Assembly (NCBI GenBank): GCA_034420735.1
Contig: DAOULA010000058.1
Span: 13,154 to 77,153, forward strand
Origin: Dehalococcoidia bacterium
Lineage (GTDB): Bacteria; Chloroflexota; Dehalococcoidia; Lucifugimonadales; CAJWER01
Length of the DNA: 64,000 nt
Reading direction: 5' to 3'
In this document: positions 1 through 8,625 of the stretch, in pieces
How the letters are laid out: the number at the start of each line of letters is the position of its first letter
Position numbering within the stretch: position 1 is the first letter of the stretch
Translations under genes and position numbers: made by a program
Notes under the pieces: generated by a model
Databases searched by the model: none
Seen by the model: the letters and a program-made list of their open reading frames with translations, nothing else
What the model was told of the DNA's origin: nothing

Positions 1-119
1 TCTCTGGGGCTCGGCTTGATCACAGCAGTTTCCCAAACGAAGATCCTGACTTCCTCGAAGTCGATACCGTGCTTGCGCCTGTTGGTCGCCCGCTTTGCCT
101 CATCCCATTCGTAGAGCAT
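1..119 (-). CDS. brnT: BrnT-family (DUF497) toxin, N-terminal part; gene runs off the left edge
   Basis: The reverse-strand ATG (119-117) gives MLYEWDEAKRATNRRKHGIDFEEVRIFVWETAVIKPSPR. This fits the EWDxxKxxxNxxKHGxxFEE signature of BrnT/DUF497. The ORF is partial and too short to appear in the ORF track. Confidence 0.6.
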   Translation of the reverse strand, partial: MLYEWDEAKRATNRRKHGIDFEEVRIFVWETAVIKPSPR

Positions 120-158
120 ACTAACGTCTTGCAGGTCATGTTAGCCTTACTCGCGGGG

Positions 159-1064
159 CTACTTCAAGCTGACATACATCGTGGCGACGACCAGGTCGGC
201 TTCCTCGGGACGGCCCGATTCCTCGTGCGACCACCAGGCCGAGAGCACGCGGTCGGCGATGCCCCAGCCGATCATGCGCTCCTGGTCGAGGCCCGCTTCA
301 TTGGCAAGCTGGTCGATGCGCATGGACAGGACCCTGGTCGGGTCGGGCTTGTCGAGCAGGTTGTTACGGAGGTAGGCCGCGGCTTCGTACTCAGGCTCGG
401 CGACGATGCCCTTGGGGTCGATGGCCAGCCAGGGCTCGCGGTCGGCGGAGAGTATGTTGTAGTGATGAAGATCGCCGTGCAGCATTGCCTTTTCACCGCT
501 CGGGTTTCGCAGGTGCGCCTCGGCCCTCTCGACGAGCGAAGTGGGGAACGGCCCGGTCCCGCCGTCGAAGCGCGACCGCAGCCGCTCCAGCCCCTGCATC
601 CACTCCAGGATGTCGTGGAATCGATGGCTGGCTGGCACGGGCCTTCTGAGCCTGGCCATCAGCTCAGCCGCGACGCTGGTCGCCTCCCTGTCGTCGTCTA
701 CCTCCAACAGCAGCGCGCCCGGCTCCAGCCGCTCTAGAAGCATCGCGCCCAGGCCTTCGACGCTGTCGATGAGTCTCGCGGCCCCGTCGCCGTCGAACAC
801 CCGCAGGGCGTCCATCTCGGCGCCTATGGAGTGATCGGGGACGGCAAGCTTCAGCACTACCCCGGCGCCATGCGGACCCACTGCTGGCGCGGTGTAGCTG
901 TAGTTCACCTGGCCGAACGGAGGACCGGCGGCCAGCGACCACCGGCGCTCGCACTCGGCGATGAGTCCGGGCAGCCTCTCCAGCCATGTCCTGCCGCTGT
1001 CGCCGTGGGTCCGCTCGATTCGGCGGGCGAAGTCGCCGGGTATCTCTATGGAGTGCTCTCCCAA
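159..1064 (-). CDS. aminoglycoside phosphotransferase family kinase (APH(6)/streptomycin 6-kinase-like)
   Basis: 301-aa ORF with a TTG start 8 nt after GAGGAG. It has the HGDLHHYNIL catalytic-loop motif (HGDxxxxN) and an N-terminal region typical of APH(6)-type kinases. Confidence 0.8.
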   Translation of the reverse strand: MGEHSIEIPGDFARRIERTHGDSGRTWLERLPGLIAECERRWSLAAGPPFGQVNYSYTAPAVGPHGAGVVLKLAVPDHSIGAEMDALRVFDGDGAARLIDSVEGLGAMLLERLEPGALLLEVDDDREATSVAAELMARLRRPVPASHRFHDILEWMQGLERLRSRFDGGTGPFPTSLVERAEAHLRNPSGEKAMLHGDLHHYNILSADREPWLAIDPKGIVAEPEYEAAAYLRNNLLDKPDPTRVLSMRIDQLANEAGLDQERMIGWGIADRVLSAWWSHEESGRPEEADLVVATMYVSLK

Positions 1065-1109
1065 TAGCCCCGCTCCTCGGGCAATGGTAACCGAGTGGCC
1101 TCACTCGCG

Positions 1110-1138
1110 TTGACCACTGGTGGCGCCCTTGCTAGACT
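1110..1138 (+). promoter_or_regulatory. candidate sigma70-type promoter for the oxidoreductase gene
   Basis: TTGACC (1110-1115), a 17-nt spacer, then TAGACT (1133-1138), about 40 nt upstream of the ATG at 1177. This is a pattern match only. Confidence 0.3.
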
Positions 1139-1176
1139 CCGTGCCGTCCCACTCCCATCAGAAGGAGACAGTCCCC

Positions 1177-2244
1177 ATGCTGAACGAAAAATACGTTGTC
1201 GGGTTCATTTCGTCGCCCCATCCCCATTCACCCTCCCACATGAGGACCCTGGAGGTGCTGGACTCCATCGAGGCCGTCCACCTTTGCGGCGTGGCCGGGG
1301 AGGACATGGACGGGCTGTCCGAAGGCTCCACCAAGGTCGTCTCGACGACCGACAGCGTGGAGGAGCTGCTGGGGCGGGACGAGGTCGACGCCCTGATCGT
1401 GTCCGTGCGCAACGACCTGGGTCCGGACATCCTGAATGCCGCCGTCGACGCGGGCAAGGGGGTCCTGTTCGAGAAGCCCGGCGTCCTTCACGCCTCCGAC
1501 CTCCGCAGCGTCGCGGAGAAGGCGGCGGCCAAGGGCGTGACGGCTGCGATCATGTTCCAGAACCGGTACCAGCCCAAGATCGCCGATGCGCGCAGGTCGA
1601 TACAGTCCGGCGCCGTCGGGCGGATCATGGCCGCCGAGGCCCGCATGGTGACCTCCCAGGTCAGGTACCGGAACCCCGACCACTGGCTCTTCAAGAAGGG
1701 CACCGGCGGCAGCGGCATACTGGGCTGGCTTGGCTGCCACCACATCGACCTGCTCTGCAACATCATGGACGACCGCATCGCCGAGGTGTCGGCATTCGTG
1801 GCCAACCAGAGCCCGGAGAAGCTCGAGGTCGAGGACACGGCCATGCTGTCCCTCAGGTTCGAGAGCGGCGTCCTGGGGACCATGCACGCCGGGTACCACC
1901 TCGCGGGGAGCGGGTCGGGCTACCACGGCGCGTCGTACGACTCCTTCCTGGCATTCAGGGGGACCGACGGCTACGCGCGCATCCAGATGGAGGACAACTA
2001 CTACCAGCTATTCAGCATGGCCCCCGGCTGGCTGACGGGCGGGCTGCGCAAGCTGTCCTTCACGCCGCCGGACTCCGCGGCGTACGGAGGCCTGGGCGGC
2101 GAGATATTCGTCAACGAGTTCCTGGCCGCCGCCCGTGCGGGAAGGCCGGCGCCCATACCGATAGAGGCAGGCGTGCACGTGCTGGACGTCATAGAGGCCG
2201 CGTTGGAGTCCTCGGAAACGGGCAGGGCGGTGAAGGTCGGGTAA
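1177..2244 (+). CDS. Gfo/Idh/MocA family NAD(P)-dependent oxidoreductase
   Basis: The track ORF is 1120-2244. The ATG at 1177 (MLNEKYVVGF) follows GGAGA. It has an N-terminal Rossmann segment and the family EKP motif (VLFEKPGV). Confidence 0.85.
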   Translation: MLNEKYVVGFISSPHPHSPSHMRTLEVLDSIEAVHLCGVAGEDMDGLSEGSTKVVSTTDSVEELLGRDEVDALIVSVRNDLGPDILNAAVDAGKGVLFEKPGVLHASDLRSVAEKAAAKGVTAAIMFQNRYQPKIADARRSIQSGAVGRIMAAEARMVTSQVRYRNPDHWLFKKGTGGSGILGWLGCHHIDLLCNIMDDRIAEVSAFVANQSPEKLEVEDTAMLSLRFESGVLGTMHAGYHLAGSGSGYHGASYDSFLAFRGTDGYARIQMEDNYYQLFSMAPGWLTGGLRKLSFTPPDSAAYGGLGGEIFVNEFLAAARAGRPAPIPIEAGVHVLDVIEAALESSETGRAVKVG

Positions 2245-2255
2245 GACGCCCTTTG

Positions 2256-2292
2256 CTGGTGAGCACTGGCCTTCGACAGGCTCAGGCCGAAC
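2256..2292 (-). repeat. dispersed REP-like repeat, family A (inverted copy)
   Basis: The reverse complement gttcggcctgagcctgtcgaaggccagtgctcaccag matches the copies at 28096, 57962 and 58424. It is intergenic. Confidence 0.75.
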
Positions 2293-2373
2293 GCTCTCCC
2301 CAGGCCGTGACCGGCCTTGAGTCCTGCGAACGCCCTTACCGGGGGGCGGCTGTGAGCATATAATGTAGTTGAG

Positions 2374-3426
2374 ATGTCCGATCAGACTCCAAGCACCGGC
2401 GATGGCAGGAAGTCGGGCCTGAGCCGTGTGCAGCGTTCCCTTGGCCTTGCCCTCATCGCGGTAGGCGCGGTCCTCCTGGCGCTGGTGGGCGGGTTCTACC
2501 TGTATGGGGCCTGGGCGAAGGCCGATATAGACTCCTACACCTCCGAACGGCCGCGCCCGGCGCAGAAGGCCCCGGCCCCGGCGCTTCCCGCGGTCGCGGC
2601 GGTCGTGCCCTCGAGCCCGACGCCGGCCGCGCGCGCCGCGCCGCAGCCGGCCGACCCTGCGCCGACCCCGTCCGCCGCCAGCGTGGAGCCGGTCCCGACG
2701 CCCACGCCCGAGGCCTCGCCGGCCGTTCCTACGCCGGCGTCCGACGCCTACAGCGAGCGCACCGGCGCCGTCGGTATGGGGAGAGTCCTGGGCCGGGAAA
2801 CCCCGGCAGCAGGGCTCGCAGCACAGTCCCAGGCCGGACCCGTCGCGACGCCCACGCCGGACTACGCGGCGGTCATCGAGCAGGACCTCCAGGGAGTCAT
2901 CGACGCCTCGAGCGCCGAGGCCCTGAAGTACGCGCCGGTCTCCTCCCAGCTGCCTGCGGCATCGAGCTCGCTGCCCGCGGTCAGGATCAGGATCCCCGTG
3001 GTCGGCATCGACTCCGACGTGAAGGAGCTCGAGGTCATCGACAACGGCGAAAGCCGTGCATGGGAGACGCCCAAGCACATCGTCGGGCACATACCGACTA
3101 CCGGGCTTCCGGGCGACTCAGGGCAGGGCTGGTACTTCGGTCACCTGGAAAGCCCCCTTGCCGGCGAGGGTAACGTATTCGGCAGGCTGCCGGACCTTGC
3201 CGAGTTGTTCACGTCCCGCGTGGAGTCCCCCTTCTACATTTTCCTGGAGTCCGAAGACCTCAAGTTCGTCTACCAGATCTATCGCACCCAGATGGTACAT
3301 AGCAAGGACTTTGTCCTGCAGGACTCGGGGGAGAGCGACATCACCCTTGTGACCTGCTACCCGCGACTAACCTACGACTACCGGCTGCTGGTCACCGCCG
3401 CCCTGGTGGGCGTGCGCGAGTTCTGA
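2374..3426 (+). CDS. sortase family transpeptidase (membrane-anchored, Pro/Ala-rich linker)
   Basis: It has the TLVTCYP (TLxTC) active-site Cys motif, a conserved His region (HIVGHIP), an N-terminal TM helix (LGLALIAVGAVLLALVGGFYLY) and a long P/A-rich linker. Confidence 0.85.
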   Translation: MSDQTPSTGDGRKSGLSRVQRSLGLALIAVGAVLLALVGGFYLYGAWAKADIDSYTSERPRPAQKAPAPALPAVAAVVPSSPTPAARAAPQPADPAPTPSAASVEPVPTPTPEASPAVPTPASDAYSERTGAVGMGRVLGRETPAAGLAAQSQAGPVATPTPDYAAVIEQDLQGVIDASSAEALKYAPVSSQLPAASSSLPAVRIRIPVVGIDSDVKELEVIDNGESRAWETPKHIVGHIPTTGLPGDSGQGWYFGHLESPLAGEGNVFGRLPDLAELFTSRVESPFYIFLESEDLKFVYQIYRTQMVHSKDFVLQDSGESDITLVTCYPRLTYDYRLLVTAALVGVREF

Positions 3427-3488
3427 CTCCCCTGAAGATAGCCGCGTTCGCGCTGCTGGGGGCCCTGGCGCTCGCATTCGTTGCGCTG

Positions 3489-3962
3489 ATGGCGTGGGGG
3501 CTCGCGGGCAAGGAGCCGCCGACCGGCCGCAGCGGCTACACGCTGGTGGGCGGTCCCGCGCCGGGCTTCACAGTCCCCCTGTTCGACGGCGGCGAGCTCT
3601 CCCTGTCCGACCTGGCGGGGCGACCCGTGGTAGTGAACTTCTGGGCATCCTGGTGCTCCCCCTGCCGGGACGAGGCCCTTCCCCTCGAACGCACCTGGAA
3701 GGCCTACCGCGAGCAGGGCGTGGCGTTCGTCGGCATCGACAACCAGGACGCCGAGGACGACGCCCGGGCATACCTGGCCGAGTTCGGGGTCACGTACCCT
3801 AACGGAATCGACGGCGACGGTCGGGTCTCCATCGACTACGGCATCATCGGTATGCCAGCGACCTTCTTCATAGACAGCGAGGGCGTGGTCGTGAGCCGAT
3901 GGGTCGGGGCAATCCCGGAGGGGACACTCATCGAGCGGGTCGAGGCGCTGCTCGACAACTGA
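3489..3962 (+). CDS. TlpA/ResA-type thiol:disulfide oxidoreductase (thioredoxin fold)
   Basis: It has the WASWCSPC CxxC motif and an AhpC/TSA-like fold. The coordinates start at the first canonical start codon, and the probable true N-terminus lies upstream (see finding). Confidence 0.85.
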   Translation: MAWGLAGKEPPTGRSGYTLVGGPAPGFTVPLFDGGELSLSDLAGRPVVVNFWASWCSPCRDEALPLERTWKAYREQGVAFVGIDNQDAEDDARAYLAEFGVTYPNGIDGDGRVSIDYGIIGMPATFFIDSEGVVVSRWVGAIPEGTLIERVEALLDN

Positions 3963-3998
3963 GGTCGCTGTGCTAGTCTGTCTGCAGGGTCTCGCAAA

Positions 3999-4469
3999 GT
4001 GAGGCATACCGGAGTGATCAGGAGCGGAAAACCAGCGGGCAGGGCACTTGCCCTCGGGCTCGTCGCAGCCCTGGGACTGCTGCTCTCAGTCGGTTGTGGA
4101 GGCGGCGACTCGTCGGAGCCGGACGACCCAGAGAGCACCCAGTCAACGTCGTCCTCCCTGTCCAAGATGGCCCGCGACGGAGAAGAGCTGTTCGACGCCA
4201 ACTGCTCGGCCTGTCACGGCATGAGAGCCGCTGGCACGAACCAGGGCCCGACGTTGATCGACAGGATCTACCACCCCGGCCATCACTCGGACGCCAGCAT
4301 CCGAAACGCGGTCAGCAGGGGAGTGCAGCAGCACCACTGGACGTTCGGCGACATGGCTCCCGTCGCCGGGGCCTCGCCGGACGACGTGGAGAAGATCATC
4401 TGCTACGTCCGCGAGCTGCAGCGCGCCGACGGCATCTTCGAGGGGGATGACTTCCAGACGGTGTGCTGA
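3999..4469 (+). CDS. class I c-type cytochrome, probable lipoprotein
   Basis: It has the CSACHG heme-binding motif, a distal Met candidate (GDMAP) and a signal peptide with a lipobox-like LLLSVGC. Confidence 0.85.
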   Translation: MRHTGVIRSGKPAGRALALGLVAALGLLLSVGCGGGDSSEPDDPESTQSTSSSLSKMARDGEELFDANCSACHGMRAAGTNQGPTLIDRIYHPGHHSDASIRNAVSRGVQQHHWTFGDMAPVAGASPDDVEKIICYVRELQRADGIFEGDDFQTVC

Positions 4470-4541
4470 TCCGGCCTCCCTTAGCTTGGCCCTGTGGCCC
4501 TCGCCTGATAAACTGCGCCGGAACTTGCAGGGAGGTCCGAC

Positions 4542-5423
4542 TTGGCCCGAATCCACGTGCTTGGCGCAGGCACACCCACTCCGACGCCCACCCGCTTCGG
4601 CTCGTCCTACGTAGTCGAGGTTGCCGGCGAGCAGGTCATGGTCGACTGCGGCCCCGCCGCGACGCACAAGATGGTCAAGGCAGGGCTCTGGCCCACCGAT
4701 ATCGACTACCTCTTCTTCACACACCACCACTTCGACCACGACGTCGACTATCCCTGTTTCCTGCTGTGCCGGTGGGACCAGAGCGTCGGCAGGGAGAACC
4801 GGCTCCAGGTCTACGGGCCTCCGCCCACCGAGAAGTTCACCGACGACCTCCTGAGGGAAGACGGCGGGCTCTTCGCACACGACTGGAAGACCCGCGTGGA
4901 GAACCCGGACAGCCAGCAGCTTCACCAGAATCGCGGCGGCACCCTCCCCCGAAAACCGCCGGACGTTTTCGCGAAGGACATCGCGCCCGGCAAGGTCTTC
5001 TCAGGCGATGGCTGGGAGGTCACGGCCGCTGAGGCCGAGCACGTGCAGCCTTACCTCGACTCCCTGGCGTATCGCATCGACAGCGACGAGGGCAGCATGG
5101 TCTTCACCGGCGATACGCAGCCGTGCGAGTCGGTCGTCGAGCTGGCGCGGGGCGCGGACATCATGCTCTGCATGTGCTGGGACGACCAGGAGACGATGGA
5201 GCGCAACGGCGAGGCGCACCGCCAGTGCGGCACGACCGGGGCTGCCCGCATGGCACAGGAGGCCGGGGTCGGTGCGCTCGCCCTGGTCCACATAGGGCCC
5301 AACCTCTCGCGGCACGGGCCCATGGAGAAGGGACTGGGCGACGTGTGCGCCGTCTACGACGGCAAGGTCATATTCACCGACGAGCTGCTCGCCATCGACG
5401 TCGAGCCCAGCTCGCAAGCCTGA
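4542..5423 (+). CDS. MBL-fold metallo-hydrolase, tandem paralog 1
   Basis: It has the HHHFDHD (HxHxDH) metal motif. The TTG start follows GGGAGG. It is the most divergent of the three tandem copies. Confidence 0.85.
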   Translation: MARIHVLGAGTPTPTPTRFGSSYVVEVAGEQVMVDCGPAATHKMVKAGLWPTDIDYLFFTHHHFDHDVDYPCFLLCRWDQSVGRENRLQVYGPPPTEKFTDDLLREDGGLFAHDWKTRVENPDSQQLHQNRGGTLPRKPPDVFAKDIAPGKVFSGDGWEVTAAEAEHVQPYLDSLAYRIDSDEGSMVFTGDTQPCESVVELARGADIMLCMCWDDQETMERNGEAHRQCGTTGAARMAQEAGVGALALVHIGPNLSRHGPMEKGLGDVCAVYDGKVIFTDELLAIDVEPSSQA

Positions 5424-5441
5424 GTCAAGGAGTCTGACGGC

Positions 5442-6302
5442 ATGGCGCGAATTCACATCCTCGGCGCGGGTACGCCCACACCGACGGCCGAGCGTTTCGG
5501 CTCCTCTTTCGTCGCGGAGGTTGGCGGCGAGAAGATCATGGTCGACTGCGGCCCGGCCGCCACCCACAAGCTCGTGCAGGCCGGCCTCTGGCCGACCGAG
5601 ATCGACTACGTATTCTTCACCCACCACCACTTCGACCACGACGTCGACTTCCCGTGCTTCCTGCTGTGCCGGTGGGACCAGAGCATCGGCAAGGAGAACA
5701 CGCTGCAGGTCTTCGGGCCGACGCTGACGGAGCATCTCACCCACGGAATCATCGGCGAGGACGGCGTATTCGCCCACGACTGGAAGGCGCGCGTGAGCCA
5801 TCCCGCCAGCCAGCAGGTCCACGTGAACCGGGGCGGCACCCTCCCGCGCAGGCCGCCGGAGGTACTGGCGAAGGACGTGGGGCCCGGCAAGTTGTTCTCG
5901 GGCAGCGACTGGGAGATGACCGGGGCCCCGGCGGTGCACGCCCAGCCGTGGCTGGACTCCCTCGCATACCGGATAGACAGCGACGAGGGCAGCATCGTCT
6001 TCACCGGCGACACCGAGCCGTGCGATTCGGTGATCGACCTCGCCCGGGACGCTGACGTGATGTTCTGCATGTGCTGGGACGACGAGGAGTCCATGGAGGA
6101 GAACCAGGAGACCCACGGGGTCTGTGGGACGATGGGCGCTGCCCGCATGGCGCAGGAGGCCGGTGTGAAGAAGCTCGTGCTCGCACACCTCGGCCCGAAC
6201 CTCACCCGGCATCCTGTCATGGAGAAGGGCATCGGCGACGTGAAGAGCCGCTACGATGGCGACCTCGTATTCGCCGAAGAGCTGCTGGTCTTGGACGTGT
6301 GA
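5442..6302 (+). CDS. MBL-fold metallo-hydrolase, tandem paralog 2
   Basis: It has the HHHFDHD motif. The ATG follows AAGGAG. It is nearly identical to paralog 3. Confidence 0.9.
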   Translation: MARIHILGAGTPTPTAERFGSSFVAEVGGEKIMVDCGPAATHKLVQAGLWPTEIDYVFFTHHHFDHDVDFPCFLLCRWDQSIGKENTLQVFGPTLTEHLTHGIIGEDGVFAHDWKARVSHPASQQVHVNRGGTLPRRPPEVLAKDVGPGKLFSGSDWEMTGAPAVHAQPWLDSLAYRIDSDEGSIVFTGDTEPCDSVIDLARDADVMFCMCWDDEESMEENQETHGVCGTMGAARMAQEAGVKKLVLAHLGPNLTRHPVMEKGIGDVKSRYDGDLVFAEELLVLDV

Positions 6303-6341
6303 GTGCCGGTCGCACCCACTGCAGGAGAGGAGCCTGACGGC

Positions 6342-7202
6342 ATGGCGCGAGTGCACATCCTGGGTGCGGGTACGCCCACGCCGACCGCCGAGCGCTTCGG
6401 CTCCTCCTTCGTGGTCGAGGTCGCCGGCGAGAAGATCATGGTCGACTGCGGCCCAGCCACGACCTATAAGCTGGTCAAGGCCGGTCTGTGGCCCACCGAG
6501 ATCGACTACGTATTCTTCACCCACCACCACTTCGACCACGACGTGGACTTCCCGTGCTTCCTCCTCTGCCGCTGGGACCAGAGCATCGGCAAGGAGAACA
6601 CGCTGCAGGTCTTCGGTCCGACGCTGACGGAGCATCTCACCCACGGCATCATCGGCGAGGATGGCGTATTCGCCCACGACTGGAAGGCGCGCGTGGATCA
6701 TCCAACCGGTCAGCGCGTCCACGTGAACCGGGGCGGCACCCTCCCGCGCAAGCCGCCGGAGGTACTGGCGAAGGACGTGGGGCCCGGCAAGCTGTTCTCG
6801 GGCCGCGACTGGGAGATGACCGGAGCCCCGGCGGTGCACGCCCAGCCGTGGCTGGACTCCCTTGCATACCGGATCGACAGCGACGAGGGCAGCATCGTCT
6901 TCACAGGCGACACCGAGCCGTGCGACTCGGTGATCGAGCTCGCCCGGGACGCCGACGTCATGTTCTGCATGTGCTGGGACGACGAGGAGTCCATGGAGGA
7001 GAACCAGGAGACCTACGGGGTCTGTGGGACGATGGGCGCTGCCCGCATGGCCCAGGAGGCCGGGGTGAAGAAGCTCGTCCTGGCACATCTGGGCCCGAAC
7101 CTCGCCCGCCACCCTGTCATGGAGAAGGGCATAGGCGACGTGAAGAGCCGCTACGAGGGCGACCTGGTATTCGCAGACGAACTGCTGGTAGTGGACGTGT
7201 AA
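6342..7202 (+). CDS. MBL-fold metallo-hydrolase, tandem paralog 3
   Basis: The track ORF starts at 6303. The ATG at 6342 (MARVHILGAG) aligns with the paralog 2 start and follows GGAGAGGAG. Confidence 0.9.
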   Translation: MARVHILGAGTPTPTAERFGSSFVVEVAGEKIMVDCGPATTYKLVKAGLWPTEIDYVFFTHHHFDHDVDFPCFLLCRWDQSIGKENTLQVFGPTLTEHLTHGIIGEDGVFAHDWKARVDHPTGQRVHVNRGGTLPRKPPEVLAKDVGPGKLFSGRDWEMTGAPAVHAQPWLDSLAYRIDSDEGSIVFTGDTEPCDSVIELARDADVMFCMCWDDEESMEENQETYGVCGTMGAARMAQEAGVKKLVLAHLGPNLARHPVMEKGIGDVKSRYEGDLVFADELLVVDV

Positions 7203-7246
7203 TGGCTATTGGCAGGGTTGCTGAGCGAGATGGAAGAAGGGGCGGG

Positions 7247-7780
7247 ATGGTGCTGGGCGACGTCCTGATCTCGGAGAGCCAGATAGCGGGTGCCGTCGAC
7301 GGGCTTGCGTCCAGGATAGGCGATGACTACGACCTGTCCAGGCTGGTCCTGGTGGGCGCGATGGACGGCGCGGTCTGCTTCCTGGCCGACCTGATGCGGG
7401 CGTTCGACGCTCCCGTGGATGTTACGACAGCGCGGATGCGTCGCTACGACGGCACTGACGCGGGAGAGGTCAAGGTGACCTGGCTGCCTCTGCGCGACCG
7501 CATCCAGGGCAGGGACGTCCTGATAGTCGAGGGAATAGTGGACACCGGCGCAACCTGCGCGCTCCTGGGAGGAAAGCTGCGAGACCTGGGGGCGGCGTCA
7601 GTCGACGTGTGCGCGCTGCTGGACAAGCCGTCGCGCCGCACCCATGAGGTCCGGACGGCGTACCGCGGGTTCGAAGTGCCCGACGTGTTCGTGGTCGGCT
7701 ACGGCATGGACTACGACGGCGCGTACCGCAGCCTGCGCAACGTCCACGTGCTGGAGCGCGAGGGAACCGTAGTGAGCTGA
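7247..7780 (+). CDS. hpt: hypoxanthine(-guanine) phosphoribosyltransferase
   Basis: It has the PRPP-binding motif VLIVEGIVDTGAT and the C-terminal FVVGYGMDYDGAYR. An alternative start at 7202 overlaps the stop of paralog 3 (TAATG). The track ORF 6488-7780 is an upstream off-frame extension. Confidence 0.85.
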   Translation: MVLGDVLISESQIAGAVDGLASRIGDDYDLSRLVLVGAMDGAVCFLADLMRAFDAPVDVTTARMRRYDGTDAGEVKVTWLPLRDRIQGRDVLIVEGIVDTGATCALLGGKLRDLGAASVDVCALLDKPSRRTHEVRTAYRGFEVPDVFVVGYGMDYDGAYRSLRNVHVLEREGTVVS

Positions 7781-7838
7781 GGCCGCCCGTCCGATCTGAC
7801 GGCCGCAAGACCATGTACCGAGGCAAAGGAGCTAGCGA

Positions 7839-8579
7839 GTGAATATCAGGTTCACCGGCACGTTCATCATCGTTCTGACCCTCTTCGTCACCGTGCTGAT
7901 TACGTCCAACATCATCGCGGTGAAGCCCATACGGCTGCTGATTCTCCCGTTCGAGTTCCTCGGCAGCAAAGACGTGGTCCTGCCGTCGGCGATAATCATC
8001 TTCCCCATCAGCTACATCATCGGCGACGTGCTTACGGAGGTGTACGGCTTCCGGATCGCCCGGGGGGTGATATGGCTGGGGTTCGGCGCAAACCTGCTGG
8101 TTGTCATCGCCCTCTGGATTGCGGGCTTTATTCCCGGCGCTTGCCAGGATCCGAATGGCTTCTGCCTCTGGTCGCCGGACACCCAAGCCTCATACGATCG
8201 CATTTTGGGCCAGGTGCCCTGGATACTGGTGGCCTCCTTCGTCGCCTACCTGATCGGCGAGTTCTCCAACTCCTCGGTGCTGGCCCTGCTCAAGTACAAG
8301 ATGCAGGGCCGCCTGCTGTTCGTCCGCACCATAGGCTCGACGGTCGTGGGCCAGGGGCTGGACTCGTTCATCTTCATATACATCGCCTTCGGAGTTGGCG
8401 GCGACTGGGGCGCACAGGGTCTGCTCAGCGCGGCGCTGGCCCAGTGGATAACGAAGATCCTGTACGAGACCGCGGCCACGCCCCTGACATACGCGGTCGT
8501 GGGATACATGAAGCGCACCGAGAAGATGGACGTGACGGACGTTCCCCGCTCGCTCAACCCGCTGGGGATATTCGCCTGA
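7839..8579 (+). CDS. yhhQ: queuosine-precursor transporter (YhhQ/DUF165, VUT family)
   Basis: It is a polytopic membrane protein with the family-typical ISYIIGDVLTEVYG segment. Confidence 0.8.
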   Translation: MNIRFTGTFIIVLTLFVTVLITSNIIAVKPIRLLILPFEFLGSKDVVLPSAIIIFPISYIIGDVLTEVYGFRIARGVIWLGFGANLLVVIALWIAGFIPGACQDPNGFCLWSPDTQASYDRILGQVPWILVASFVAYLIGEFSNSSVLALLKYKMQGRLLFVRTIGSTVVGQGLDSFIFIYIAFGVGGDWGAQGLLSAALAQWITKILYETAATPLTYAVVGYMKRTEKMDVTDVPRSLNPLGIFA

Positions 8580-8597
8580 GCCGTACGGCGTCCCCCT

Positions 8598-8625
8598 CCG
8601 TCATTCCCGCGCAGGCGGGAATCCA
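8598..8625 (+). repeat. dispersed hairpin repeat, family B
   Basis: The sequence ccgtcattcccgcgcaggcgggaatcca contains the stem ATTCCCGC/GCGGGAAT. A second copy lies at 23186-23213. Confidence 0.7.

Noticed and set aside
5001-7112. 703-aa minus-strand ORF spanning the MBL paralogs
   Set aside because: It is antisense to three well-supported MBL hydrolase genes. The translation is low-complexity, Arg/Ala/Gly-rich and internally repetitive only because it mirrors the tandem paralogs. This is a typical high-GC shadow ORF.
6488-7246. Long N-terminal extension of the hpt ORF (430-aa track ORF)
   Set aside because: The extension is an off-frame read through MBL paralog 3. Hpt similarity begins only at about 7247.
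7781-7838. Possible preQ1 riboswitch upstream of yhhQ
   Set aside because: YhhQ genes are often preQ1-regulated. Here there is only a weak, imperfect hairpin (GGCCGCCCGTC...GACGGCCGC) and no A-rich pseudoknot tail, so it cannot be supported by eye.
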